64,000 bases of DNA from NCBI GenBank assembly GCA_013265495.1, contig MU061538.1, positions 2,634,865 to 2,698,864 of the forward strand. Direction: 5' to 3'. The position numbers and the translations under genes were made by a program. The notes under the pieces are model-generated. The model was not told where the DNA came from. It saw nothing but the letters and a program-made list of their open reading frames with translations, and ran no database searches. Origin of the DNA: Vicugna vicugna (taxonomy: Eukaryota). Numbering within the stretch: the stretch's first letter is position 1; each line of letters opens with the position of its first letter. Shown in pieces: positions 25,645 through 37,692 of the stretch.

Positions 25645-27174
25645 GCAGCAGCACGACTTCCTTGCACGTGGCCTTCCCGCAAGCGCCACCCCTGCACTTA
25701 CTTCAGCCCCGCACCCAGGCCCTCTCCTCTCTGTGCAAAAGCCTGACGCATCTTGTCACGACCTGGGCTTCAGCTCTCCACAGGCCTTCCCTGCTAACTT
25801 GATCCCGCCTTGTGCCTTGCAATGTAGAGTGGAGATTTAAATGAAAATCTGGGTCACTTACTTTATAAATTAGAGAAACTGAGGCTGCAAAGGTGGAGGA
25901 AAGAGGCTGGGAGGCAAGAGGAGTCCACAGCGTGGGTGTCGTTGGATAAACGCGGATGTGTGTGAAAGCCCACGATAACTTGCACATTTTAGAAGTCTAA
26001 ATAAACAACGCGTTCCTGCTCACTGCTATCACCGGCAAGCCACGTCTCAGCGCCACCTGACATACCGTAAGGGGAAACCCCAAGAGCACATTAAACTTCC
26101 TGTCCTTGACAGAGAAAGGAAAGAATAGAGATCGCACTCCTTTTGTCCACTTGCATTGCACCCTAAGCTGTAACGAGGGGAAATCAGATTTTAACTCTTG
26201 TTGGGTCCTCAAAGTCGGGTGACGCAAGTTGCCGCTGGGAGACTCCACGATAAAGCGGTGCATCGTCAGATAGCGAACAGCGGCCTTGAGTGTTCCCGGC
26301 GCGCATCACGGGCCTGCTGGCTCAGCGCACTGCACGCACAGCCTCACATCGCTAGGGGGCCAGCAGGCAGCAGAAGCGAGGATGGAGGACGATCTTTGCA
26401 GTGCACTAAGGCCTCCCCTACGAAGCTGCCCGTCCTAGGGGATGGGAGCCCGGGGAGCTGCGTGTGCAGGAGGAAGGTGGGTGGTGGGAGGGGCGGGGGC
26501 CTGCCCTGACGGCCAAGGTCCAGGCCCTGCCAGTCGTGATGGGGACAGCTGGCAATTTCGCATTTTATTTCCCTTCGCTGAAGGCAGAGGGGTCAACCAG
26601 ATGGCCCACTCACTAGGGAAGGAGGAAGTGAATTCAATTATTGTTCTCACAATAATCCTTCTTTGAGCCAATCAGTCTCCTCCTCTCTCAGGCAGCGTTT
26701 GGAAGGATATTAAGACCAGCAGACTATTTCTGGCTCTCAAAATTGAGAGAGGCCTTCTCAGAGATATAATTGGAGCCAAGTTTAGGTCACTGAGAGTTTA
26801 AAATATTTGCAGGGGTAACTGTGAACCCACAGCTTCGCAGTTTAGGCTGGAAGTGTAGACAGGAGCCAGTGCCCCTGAGAGGACCGAACTTGCCTCACTG
26901 CTGTCCAAGAGAAAGCAGGAGGCCCCCTGAGGCTCTCCCGCGGCTGCTGTTCTGTGTCCTCTAAGTGCTGGGGGTGCTTTTGCCGGTTGTGAGTGTGAGG
27001 GACAGACGAGAGCCGTGGCCACAGGACACTCACTCATGCTGACTCCGTGTCAAGGACTCTGTAACTGACTGCAGGGCTGGGCTGGGCCAGGCAGCACCCC
27101 TGAGGGACGGGAGCAACCGATGCTGGGGCTGGAGGGTGAAGTCTTACCCTTTGAAAGCTTCTGCTGACTTCACT

Positions 27175-28158
27175 AATCACAAGCAACCCAATCCAAAAAC
27201 GGGCAGAAGACCTAAACAAGCCATTCTCCAAGGAAGACATACAAATGACCAACAGGCACGTGAAAAAATGCTCAATATCACTAATTATCAGAGAAATGCA
27301 AGTCAAAACTACAACGAGGTATCACCTCACACCAGTCAGAATGGCCATCATTCAAAAGTCCACAAATGACAAATGCTGGAGAGGCTGTGGAGAAAAGGGA
27401 ACCCTCCTGCACTGCTGGTGGGAATGCAGGTTGGTGCAGCCACTGTGGAAAACAGTATGGAGATTCCTCAAAAGACTAGGAATAGACTTACCATATGACC
27501 CAGGAATCCCGCTCCTGGGCATATATTCAGAAGGAACCCTACTTCAAAATGACACCGGCACCCCAGTGTCCATAGCAGCACTATTTACAACAGCCAAGAC
27601 ATGGAAACAGCCTAAATGCCCAACAGATGACTGGATAAAGAAGATGTGGTATATTTATACAATGGAATACTATTCAGCCATTAAAACCAACAACATAACA
27701 CCATTTGCAGCAACATGGATGTTCCTGGAGAATGTCATTCAAAGTGAAGTAAGCCAGAAAGAGAAAGAAAAATACCATACAAGACCACTCATATGTGGAA
27801 TTAAAAAAAATAAATACAAAACAGAAATAGACTCATAGACACAGAATACAAACTTGTGGTTGCCAAAGGGGCAGGGGGTGGGAAGGGCCAGACTGGGAGT
27901 TTGAAATTTGTAGATACTGACAGGTGTATGCAGAATAGATAAACAAGATTATACTGTGTAGCACAGGGAAATATATACAAGATGTTGTGGTAGCTCACAG
28001 TGAAAAAAATGTGACAATGAATATACGTATGTTCATGGATAACTGAAAAACTGTGCTCTACAGTGGAATTTGACACAGCATTGTAAAGTGACTATAACTC
28101 AGTAAAAAATGTTAAAAAAACAAAAGATAAAAGCAAAAACAAAACAGAACAAAAAGAA
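27175..28158 (+). mobile_element. Relatively young 5'-truncated L1; ORF2 C-terminal frame open over 27245-27838
   Basis: 197-aa ORF is L1 ORF2p C-terminus with the CCHC knuckle ([18 protein letters not shown]) and [27 protein letters not shown] motifs, followed by 3' UTR and an A-rich tail. Confidence 0.95.
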
Positions 28159-28760
28159 ATTAACGTCGGTTGACAGGCCTGTCTCGGTGACAGACAGGTG
28201 CAGAGACGCCCCGTGCTAGCAGAGCCAGGCTCAGGGGACCCCTCTTCCCCGGGCACTTCCCACCACGTTCCTCCGGGTCTGCAAGATGTCCCACTCCTCA
28301 GCTTGTCCTGGGCCCTCCACCACCCGTTCTAGTGCCTTATGGACTGATCTGGGATCCACTCTCCTTTCCTGCTATGCATCTGGAAACTTCTGAAGCTGAC
28401 TGTTACATACAGGACTTCCTGTTACCGCCTGAGCGTCCAGCACTGAAACCACTCCTGCCGCCATGACTACAGCAACAGCCGCCCTCTGCCTGCAGGTCAC
28501 AAAACCGCCGAAAGTGAGCTCCTGCTCCGTCAGCTCTTCTAGGAAAAGAAGAAAAAAAACCAAAGGGGCAAAATATTGACTGCAATTTTCCATCTTCTAA
28601 AATGTCTTCTTCATTATTGTTTACCTGCAAGCTCAACGCCAGCACTGAAACCGTTAGGTGCTTCAGTGTAACTGACCGTGTCTGATAGCTTCTTTATGAA
28701 ATTAATTCAGAACGTAAGTTATTCCTACCTTCGCAGCTCTGTCTAACATGGATCTATTTT

Positions 28761-28859
28761 TGTGTTTGTTTGATCTTAGTTTTTTTTCAATTTATTTTTT
28801 AACAGTTACAATGTATCAACTTCTGGCATACAGCACAATGTCCCAGTCACGCATAAACT
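28761..28859 (-). mobile_element. Very short antisense L1 3' tail with TSD
   Basis: T-rich tail then cagttacaatgtatcaacttctggcatacagcacaatgtcccagtcacgc. TSD TGGATCTATTTT at 28749-28760 and 28860-28871. Confidence 0.78.
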
Positions 28860-29399
28860 TGGATCTATTTTGATGTGATGGTTTGAAGGTATCATGTGTT
28901 TCCATAAATCACAAAAGCAAAGGCGCTGTGACCTGACCATGGTCAGGAGAAATTTCACAATATACCATGCCCAAGAGAAATCCCTTTCAGTAACAATATG
29001 GCTATGAAAGTGAGTTGCAGAATTTTAAGTTGAGCATTTGTTCTCACATTGCTGTGCAGGATAATGACATCTTAAAAGCATCTTTAGATAACGGCCAACT
29101 TCGCCTTGCCTCACGGAAACCCACAGGCAATTCTGAGACCAGTTTACTGGGCAGCCGTTTAGCAAGCTCATCGCGTCACTTCCCGATGTCAAAACCCCCC
29201 GCAGGTGCTCAATAAATATTAGGTAACAAACAGACAAGTCTCAAAGGCAAGAATCACCAGCCATTTAAGGACAGAGACTAAAATTATGCAGCTCAGTTTT
29301 CCAAAAGGGCTTGCCACCCTGATACACTCTTGTGTCAAGGAACACAGACACCTCTTGACAAACGGTCCCAAGTGCGCTCCCCTCAGCCGCGGTGCCCAA

Positions 29400-29822
29400 C
29401 CGCTCCCCACCGCTGCCTCGGGCAACTGGCTCAGCCTGGGGCAGACGTCGGCTCCAGGGTTTTAGGTGTGCGGTTAAAATATTCCAGGGTATTCTCGCCT
29501 ACTGCCATGAACACGAGAAGGAAGCAGGCAGGTGGCGGGGAGTGTCCCCTTCCTACGGCACACGGATTCAGAAGGAAGCAGAGCAGGCTTCCGGAATATG
29601 AGGAACGAATTAGACGGAGACCCAGAGAGACAAGAAGCAGAGAGAGAAAAGCGTCCCTGCTGGCTTTCCATTTTGTGACCTAACTTTTCTCCTGAGGCCT
29701 GAATAAATTTTTCCCTCAGATGTAACAGCACACTCCTCTTTCTTCATGAAATATGTTATTTCCCATTTTACTCAAACTAGTGTGAGCTGATTTCTGAAAC
29801 TTGAGAACAAAGAAGCAGAACA
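29400..29822 (+). mobile_element. Old ERVL-class LTR remnant (LTR16/LTR33/MLT1K-like)
   Basis: 3' end ttactcaaactagtgtgagctgatttctgaaacttgagaacaaag resembles these LTR ends; 5' boundary uncertain. Confidence 0.4.
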
Positions 29823-30529
29823 CATGCCACTTAAGGACACCCAGCCCAGTAGCCCGGTACCCCACGGGCACCCCACTTCCAGGAGGCACCCTGTGTACAA
29901 TAATGACGTTACACGCTCCACTGTTTGTAGCCTATTACGCCCAAATCTACACTTGACAACAAGCTGAAAAGTTTAACGATGTGCTTGGTTTATAATTCCA
30001 AAGTAATTAATTTGCTAATTTGATGGATAATTTTCATTGAAAGGAAGAGTTTTTCCATAAGTAGGTATCGTTATTTTTCTACGGATTCATGCTTTCTGGA
30101 AGGGTAAAATTCATTAACATTCACAGTTAATGATAACTTTTTTTTTAACTTAAGAGGATTCAGGATTCAGCAGCCAGCAAATTAAATCATACTATTTAAT
30201 TTGAGTATTTTATTTTTAAGCTGGAGTATAGCCCCCTCTGGCACAGGACAGGGCTGATTCAAGCTAGAGCAAACGCCAGCCAAGACCGCTGGCACCACGA
30301 AGCGCCCACGAGGGCCTTGCGAGGGTGGGATGTTCCGGAGGCGGTCACAGTTAGACCCCAGCCACTCCGAGGAAGCTCTAGCGTCCCTGCGCCCCAGGTG
30401 CCGGGAGCGGCTCTGCTCAGTAGGGCCACACTGAACAGCTATTCTACAATCAATGGTCTACTAGCCGCGTTTGCATACAGCTCAGTCTAATAGAAAGACG
30501 TACGGCGTCAGAGAAACTACCAGCCACGG

Positions 30530-30668
30530 GGACGCAACTGACGGACACCTTAACTCCACTGGCAACCTCATCCCCTTTGCTGCGTGACTGAACGTGTTCA
30601 CGGGCTCGTTGAGTCTGGGATGTGGACATCTTTGGGGTGGGGTGAGGTCCTTGTCTTGCCAGCCACGG
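30530..30668 (-). mobile_element. MLT1D-like LTR 5' fragment
   Basis: accttaactccactggcaacctcatcccctttgc...gggatgtggacatctttgggg. Confidence 0.65.
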
Positions 30669-30689
30669 TGGTGGAGTCCACGGAACGAA

Positions 30690-31120
30690 ACGTTACACAT
30701 CAACAGAAAGAACCAGCCTATGACACGCCCGGCACGGGTGAAGGCCACAGACCCAGTTCTAAGGGAAATGGGTCAGATGTGACAGAACACGTGCTAAATA
30801 ATTCCACGCGCACGAAGTTCAACCCTGGGCAAACCTCCACGAGCACAGGGCTCACACGTAAGTCTGCAAAGACAGGCAAGAAAGGAACTTCCATAAAATT
30901 CAGAATGTTGTGTAACTTAGCGGGGAGAGAGCACTTGCAGCTGGAGGAGGGTAGACAAGGTGTGGGAGGTCTGGGGTGGTGGCAGGACCCCTTCCTGACC
31001 CGGATGGAGGTTTAGGGCTGTTTCAGGCCACACCGATCTGTTCAGCTGGCATATCTCACAGTGCAAAGGGTAAGCGTGTGTGGTGTGTAACGGCTCTGGG
31101 ACAGAAGCACTGGCCACGAG
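30690..31120 (+). mobile_element. Old L1ME/MC 3' end remnant
   Basis: aagggaaatgggtcagatgtgacagaacacgtgctaaataattccac...aagttcaa; strongly diverged. Confidence 0.45.
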
Positions 31121-32589
31121 TGAGGAGATGCTTTGCTGCGCTCACACCTGGTGGGATGAAACATCAAGCCGAGGAAGTGACACCACGAGGAAAGTGTGAT
31201 GGACAGAGCGGCAAGGCGCGATGAGGGTGTCTGAGGATGGGGGAGTGCTCGGGGGCAGGCAGGGCTCTCTGAGGCAGTGAAATCTAATTTGAAAGTTGAC
31301 GGATGTGCAGGAACCAGTCACGTGATCAGCTGGGATGTTCCCGTAGAGGACTCAAGCACAGGGCCCGGTGCTCAGTGTGGCCCCCTGACCCAGTGCACAG
31401 CCTTGCAGGATGGAGCCGGAGGGAGGGCATGGATAAAACCAGGCCAGTTTTGTAGACAATGCCACATATTTTGTGTTTAACCCAAAATGCAACGGGAAGC
31501 CAGTGAAGGATGCTGCAAGCCGCTTGTAATAACGTCTAGAAGAAGGTGGGCATTAATTAACCAGTCAGTTTGTTTACCAACAGCAGAAAAAGCACACAGA
31601 GAAGGACCAGGACTGGTTACCTCTCCTACTGAACCTTAAAGTGCGCCAAATATCAGGCCAAGGTGGAATCAAACACCTGCAAGGTGAAATATTCACACAG
31701 CAACTATTAAAATTATTGAGAGAAAATAAACCACGCAAACTTGACCACAGGATCTCGCGTTCCATGGCCCCGGTCTATTGTCTAAAAATATTTCCTTTCT
31801 AATATTTATTCGCCATGAAAAGCACTGACATGAATTTCTTTTATGTGTCACGGACCATTGACTGTAAGTAGAAGTAGCAACAAATTACAAAACCAACGGC
31901 GCGCGGACCTCAGGCCGGCAAGGCGGCTTCCTGATCATCGCATTTCCCTGTTCAGAAGGACAACACGTGCCTCTGAGATGACAAGAACAGGTTTTAAATA
32001 TCATTTAGCCACGGACACGTGTCCATCCATCCATCGCGTCGGCCTGTTGGATGCACAGCCCCAGTTCTGTTTCGCTGGCTCATTTATTTATTCTTTGTTA
32101 CCGGTGGCTGTTATCTTTCATAAAGGGGCTAAACGCACAACAAAGATAGTAATTGGTCAGTAATTGTCCAAGGAACCTGAGTGGACCAAAACAGAAAGCA
32201 CGACTGCATGGTCCCCACGTCATGGGGATGGCAACGGGGCCCCCATGAGGCCATCCCCCACCAGAGACGCTAGTGGAACGGGGCCGCCCGGCACAGCGGG
32301 CGGGGGTGAGTCACAGGACCGCTCACAGGACTGGCAGGACCCCTCCTCTCTGCCTCCGGGCCCCTCTGCCACTCCCGCGCACACACAGTCAGTGCCCCCG
32401 AATCTGGGATTTCAGTGAAACCCCGTCCCCTCTGGAAGAGCCATGAACACAAAAGCAACAACGACAAAAGTTTCAGAGTCTGAGAAGCACAGATCAAACG
32501 CACTGAAGAGACGTAAACAGTCAGGGAGGAGCTCAGTCCGTCCTGCAGACCAGAAGGTGACGCATTCTCACGCACCCCCCCCCCGCCGA

Positions 32590-32806
32590 CTGCGAGATTC
32601 GCAAAGGTTACCCACGACGTACAGAAACAGACAAAAAGCAGATTCCTTCCGCACAGCACTGGGAACGATATTCAGTATCTTGTCATAGCCTTTAATGAAA
32701 AAGCACATGGAGAGGAATATATGTATGTATACGCATGACGGGGACATGAGGCTGAGCACCAGAGACTGGCACGTTGTAACTGACTGTACATCAGTTAAAA
32801 AAAGAA
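32590..32806 (+). mobile_element. Short camelid-type L1 3' end
   Basis: Homologous to the L1 tails at 62.3 kb and 63.1 kb (cagcactgggaacgatattcagtatcttgt...gttgtaactgactgtacatcagttaaaaaaa). Confidence 0.8.
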
Positions 32807-33777
32807 GAAGCTAAAGCACCTGGTGAGAAAGCGCTAATGATCTAAATAACACCCAGCATGGCACAGGGGGCAGCTCAGAACAAAAGGAGACAAGAAATAC
32901 GAAGAAAAGAATTCGAAGTGCACTAAGGGGAAAACGGAAGAGAACATCAGACACGGGAGGGCGAGAAGCACCTGCTGACACCAAAGACGGGGAGAACCAG
33001 GCTGGAGGGGCCCCAGTCCGGATCTTCGGGGGTGGGGTGCAAAGAGCCAGCACATCCACGGACCTGCAGGTCCTGCTGCGTCTGCGTGCAGAATTATGCC
33101 TCTGCATTAGTAAGAACGGGAAAATGCAGGCTACGGTGTTTTTTGTTGTTGTTGTTTTTATAGCAGCAGCTTATGTGGCACATTTGTAATTTCTACCTGA
33201 AACTATTAAAACAAATTCTGCTCTTCAAGTGGCAAGATTTCAGACAGCTGCAAGTGACACCTGCCAGGAACAGGCCAGGTGAGTTCCCAACTGAGTTCAG
33301 GCTGATAAGTTTTCACCTCAGTGTTGTCAGTCCAGTTTAAGCCTCTATTTTATGATGCAGCGTTTTCAAATATTGTGGTTAAACTTAAGGACATCATTAC
33401 TGTCATTGTGGGTAAAACTGATCTGTAAAAAAAATAACCAGTTTCTGATGTATTCAGGGGATGGGAGGCGTGGGTCTAACCGTCACATGTACAGCATGAA
33501 AGGAAAAACAGAAGCATTTGTTTCACTTTGGATATTATGTAACAAACATAACTTGCGGGGAGCCCAAAGGAAAGCAAATTGTGAACATTTTGTTGGATAA
33601 TTGGATCTACAAGGAAATGTCAATGCAATTAGTCTACTTATCTGAAGAAAAATGGCCCAGACCAGAACTTGCTGTCTCCAAATATAGCCATCCAACGATT
33701 TTTGGACAAAAGAAATCATAATCATCTTGTCCCTAGGAGAGAAACTGACATGGCGAGGAAGAGTATTTGAAATAACT

Positions 33778-33960
33778 TAGTGTATTTCTCAAAATGCTGC
33801 TACAGAATAGCTCAGCACCCCTGGGTGCGATGTTAAATGCAGATTCCTGGGCCCCCTGCTCTGAAACTGCCCTGAACCGAAGCCTCTGGGGGTTGGAGCA
33901 GAGACTGTTCATATTTCACAATCCCTGCAGGTGATGTTCATAATGAAGAAAGCATGGGGC
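33778..33960. mobile_element. MER5-like hAT-Charlie MITE relic
   Basis: gttaaatgcagattcctgggcccc...ctctgggggttggagc...caggtgatg. Confidence 0.6.
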
Positions 33961-33989
33961 CCGCAATCCACAGGGACCTCTCAACGTAT

Positions 33990-34038
33990 ACCTGTGCCCA
34001 GGTAAATCGGCTCTCTCACCTGTGCCCAGGTAAATCGG
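33990..34038. repeat. 21-bp perfect direct repeat ACCTGTGCCCAGGTAAATCGG x2, 7-bp spacer
   Basis: Copies at 33990-34010 and 34018-34038. Confidence 0.95.
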
Positions 34039-35620
34039 TTTAGCAAATTCCTTCAAAACAGGTTTAAGAATGGAATGTTGGGGCCGACAGAGCGAGACTG
34101 CGGCTGCCATGAGGCAGGGACTAGAGCTGAATGTTCCACACGGGGTCCCCAACCCCCAATCCCACCGGAAGGGGGACACTTTATCCTTCTTGTCCTCCAA
34201 AGGCGCCTGTGCTAGGGGTCCTTCCCAACTTCATCCTGCCCCTTCTCCACCCTGCCGTGTGTCCCCGGAGGCTGGCCTCTGACCCTATGAGCTGCAGCCT
34301 CTGCACATCTTCGCTGGTGGCTGCAGACTGGTCAACAGGAAGGACCGGTGGGGGACGTCCAGGCCGGAGGAGAGAGGTCCAGGGACTGACTACCTGAGCT
34401 CTCCCTGCTCTGCCCAGGTTGCCCGCCGGGGGTGGCTTCCTGCCATGACTACACCCCAATTTTCAAGAGAATCATGAAAATAGTGCCTACCACAAAACCA
34501 GGTCAGCCTGGTGCATGGGGTTCATTAGCACCTGACTACTAAAGCAGCCTTACTTCACACGATTACAGATCAGCTGAGGGAAGGTGAACGACTTCCGACT
34601 TGAATGTCATTTCAGCCATTCGCATCTCTGAAACTACCTCATGAAGAGCACCTCCCATCACCACCTCCGTTTTCCTGCCCAGAGAGGTGGAGGGGTGGCC
34701 AGGCCAAGGGTCTGGACCAGATGAGATCTGATCTCCAGCCCTGACTGAGACCAGGCCATGGAGGTGGGGGGCCCAGCCTGCACCTTCAGGGCAGGGCTGA
34801 GGGGTGCTGGGGCTGCCCTGGACCACTGGGCAGGCTCTGGGAGAAGCGGAAAGACCTAAACATCAGTTCTAAGGAGTCGGGTCTAAAAAAGGAGAAGAAA
34901 ACAGAGCCTGGCATCACGAGCTGCCTAGAGACAGAGAAGGCTGGAGCTGGTGGCCTTGGGGGGCAGGACAGGGCTGCCGCCTGGGGGCCCTTGAAGAGGG
35001 AGGAGGGCAGCTGGGGGCTCAGGCTCATGCAGCAGACCTCAGCGAAACCTCGGGCCCCCTCTCATCCCCGCACCATCTGTGCGGGGGGCACCGGTGCATC
35101 TTCAGAGCATCTCCCGCCTGACTGCCCGTGTCGCCTCGCATACCTCCCGGACGCTCTTCTCAGAGCCCCACGCTCTTCTCAGCACCGATCTTTGCCCCCG
35201 GCCTCCTCCAAACCTCTTGCGCATCTCCACGGGGCCAAGTCCCACTGACTCTCCCCAGCGCGGTCCAGACCTCCCTGGCCCTCCCCAGCCCACCCATCCC
35301 CATCCCTGGACTGACGCCGTCCTTCTCGCCTCTTGTCTCTTGAAGGACTCCATCAGCACCTCATCTTTGGTTCATCTCCCACGTGGTTGCCGTCTTGTTT
35401 CCACGGAGCCCTCCTGGCAGTGAGCACCTTGGGGGCAGGACCTCATCGCAACCCATCATCAGAGGATCGGGGCCTAGGAACGCTGATGACTGATGCTCAA
35501 GGCTGGTTTGCTCAATGGTAAAGAGTTAACTCCACGTGGGGAAGGACGCAGTCAAAGGCCCCAGCGCCTGGGACGCCCAGACTCAGCTGGCCTTCCCTCC
35601 CGCTCTGCTTCCTAAAGGAC

Positions 35621-35913
35621 TGTCTTTGTCTGTTTGAGCTGCTGTAACAAAATACCCACTTCAGCAACAGACATGTACGTCTCACAGTTGGTGGCTGGGA
35701 GTCCCAGAGCAGGGGGCCACGTGGTCGGGTCCTAGGTCAAGGCCCTCCTCCTGCTCGCAGACAGCACAGGCGGCTGTGTCCTCACGCAGCGGGAAGGGAG
35801 CCAGCCAGCACCCTGGCCTCTCCTCACGAAGGCACATTCCGCCTAGAGGCCCCACCTCCGATGCCGTCACCATGGGGGTGAGGTTTCAGCACTCCAAACA
35901 TCCAGCCCTGCCA
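35621..35913 (-). mobile_element. MLT1A-like solo LTR
   Basis: tgtctttgtctgtttgagctgctgtaacaaaatacc...ggcccacctccgatgccgtcaccatgggggtgaggtttcagca. Confidence 0.78.
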
Positions 35914-36240
35914 GTGACCACGCACTGAAGTGTGCTGAGTGTTTTCTTCTGAGTTTGGGGACATCACAGACCTTGAGACACCGAAGTGAAGGTGACAGGT
36001 ATGTGTCAAGAATCCAGAAGAAACTTGGCACAGAGCAGGCGCAACGGGCAGTGCCTGTTGGTATTCGTTACCCCGTGAAAATCATACACCCGCCCTGCCG
36101 TGGTACCGTCCTGGAGGTCAGACTGAACATCCAAATGGCACTGCCACAGCCCTGGGGCTTCCTGGGTGACCTGCAGTGTGAGGCCAGCCCAGGCCAGGGT
36201 GCTGGCCGCTCACGAGAAACGCGTCACTCCCAAGACGAGA

Positions 36241-36427
36241 GGCAGCAGCCTGTGTGAGGGTCTCGGGCCCTCGGAGGGGCCAGCCTGGGGGAGAGGGGAG
36301 GCAGCAGCCTATGTGAGGGTCTCGGGCCTCGGAGGGGCCGGCCTGGGGGAGAGGGGAGGCAGCAGCCTGTGTGAGGGTCTCGGGCCCTCGGAGGGGCTCG
36401 GCCTGGGGGAGAGGGAAGGCAGCAGCC
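36241..36427. repeat. G-rich minisatellite, about 59-bp unit, 3.2 copies
   Basis: Units start at 36241, 36300, 36358 and (partial) 36418: GGCAGCAGCCTGTGTGAGGGTCTCGGGCCCTCGGAGGGGCCRGCCTGGGGGAGAGGGGA. Confidence 0.96.
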
Positions 36428-37434
36428 CCAGGAAAAGAGAAGAAACTTCCAGCCCCAGACTACTGGGAAGGTGGCTGGAAACATGTCTCTGGCTCCGGTG
36501 ATGTGCGGCAGGCCTGCAGACCCTCCGCTTCAGAAGTGTCAGGACGGACGGCCTGTATTCCAGGAACCAGCCTGACAGCAGCGCCCCAGAGTCCCTTCTG
36601 TGCTGACGGGGACAGACATACAGGCCAGGTCTGCGGTCGCATGCGCAACACCGGCTGAACTGTTCACAGCAGGTCCTGACCCGCGGGCTGCCTGCCCCAC
36701 CAGAGAGAAACACAGAGCTTCTCCAAAGAGCGGGCGCCCTGCCGCATGCTCCACTTGCGGGAGCCAGGGGCGGGCCCCAGCTGGCGAGGCCACACAGATG
36801 TGAAGTAGCAGAACAGGCCCCGAAGCCAGGTCTTCAGATTCTAAATTAGACGTGATTTGACTACATCACCCAGGCACATAAGCTGGACACCCAGGAGAAT
36901 TCTTTCCAGCTTTAAAATGCACTTGTCCTCTGAATACTCTGCATTAGTGAAATGTCTCATTTGTTTTAGGAGTGCTGTGCTAAAACCAAACATTCAGAAA
37001 AAATAAAAATTTAGGCCAATTTTTCTTTCTCCACTAGTTGCAGCTGATTTTCAACTCTTCAGAGTTTCTTTACAATACTGAAGTTTTTTACAAAATCTCT
37101 GAAGAACCCATAACTCCTGATTTTCAACCAAAACCGCTCTACCGAGGTTATGCCAAATTCTCAACCACCTCTTTCATCTACCACATCATTCTCACCTTAT
37201 TTAAACTCTGAAGCACAGAGCTATACGTTTATCGAGCTACACATTTCTTTGAAATGAAGTCACTTGGCTGCAGTATTAATATGAACTACAAAATGCTGAT
37301 GATTTAGATTAAAAGGCACAGTTCCTGATCTACAGCTTCCAGACCACTCACACCGATGGCTTGTTTTATAAACAAATATTCTCCTGGTTTGACCTTGGGC
37401 ACGGCAACAAAGTCAACTTTTTAGGAGTTAACTT

Positions 37435-37692
37435 CAAAACGAACAAATAAACAGAAACAGACTCACGGATACAGGAGACAAACTAGTGGTTGCTGGAGGG
37501 GCAGGGGGTGAGGGGATGGGCAAGTAGGTGAAGGAGATTAAGAGGCACAGACTTCCAATTATAAAATTAGTAAGTCACAAGGACGCGATGAACAGCTTTG
37601 GGAACAGAGTCGATATGATCGTAAGAACTTTCCATGTGCATGATGTGGAATGATATTGACTATGTTGTACCTGAAACTAATATTTGAACTAA
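37435..37692 (+). mobile_element. L1 3' UTR fragment
   Basis: cagaaacagactcacggatacaggagacaaactagtggttgc...ggtgaaggagattaagaggcacagacttccaattataaaat...gttgtacctgaaactaat. Confidence 0.78.

Noticed and set aside
27245..27838. 197-aa ORF as a host gene
   Set aside because: It is the L1 ORF2p C-terminus inside a 5'-truncated L1 with 3' UTR and A tail.
36241..36427. Repeat array as CRISPR-like
   Set aside because: No unique spacers; a head-to-tail minisatellite in mammalian DNA.
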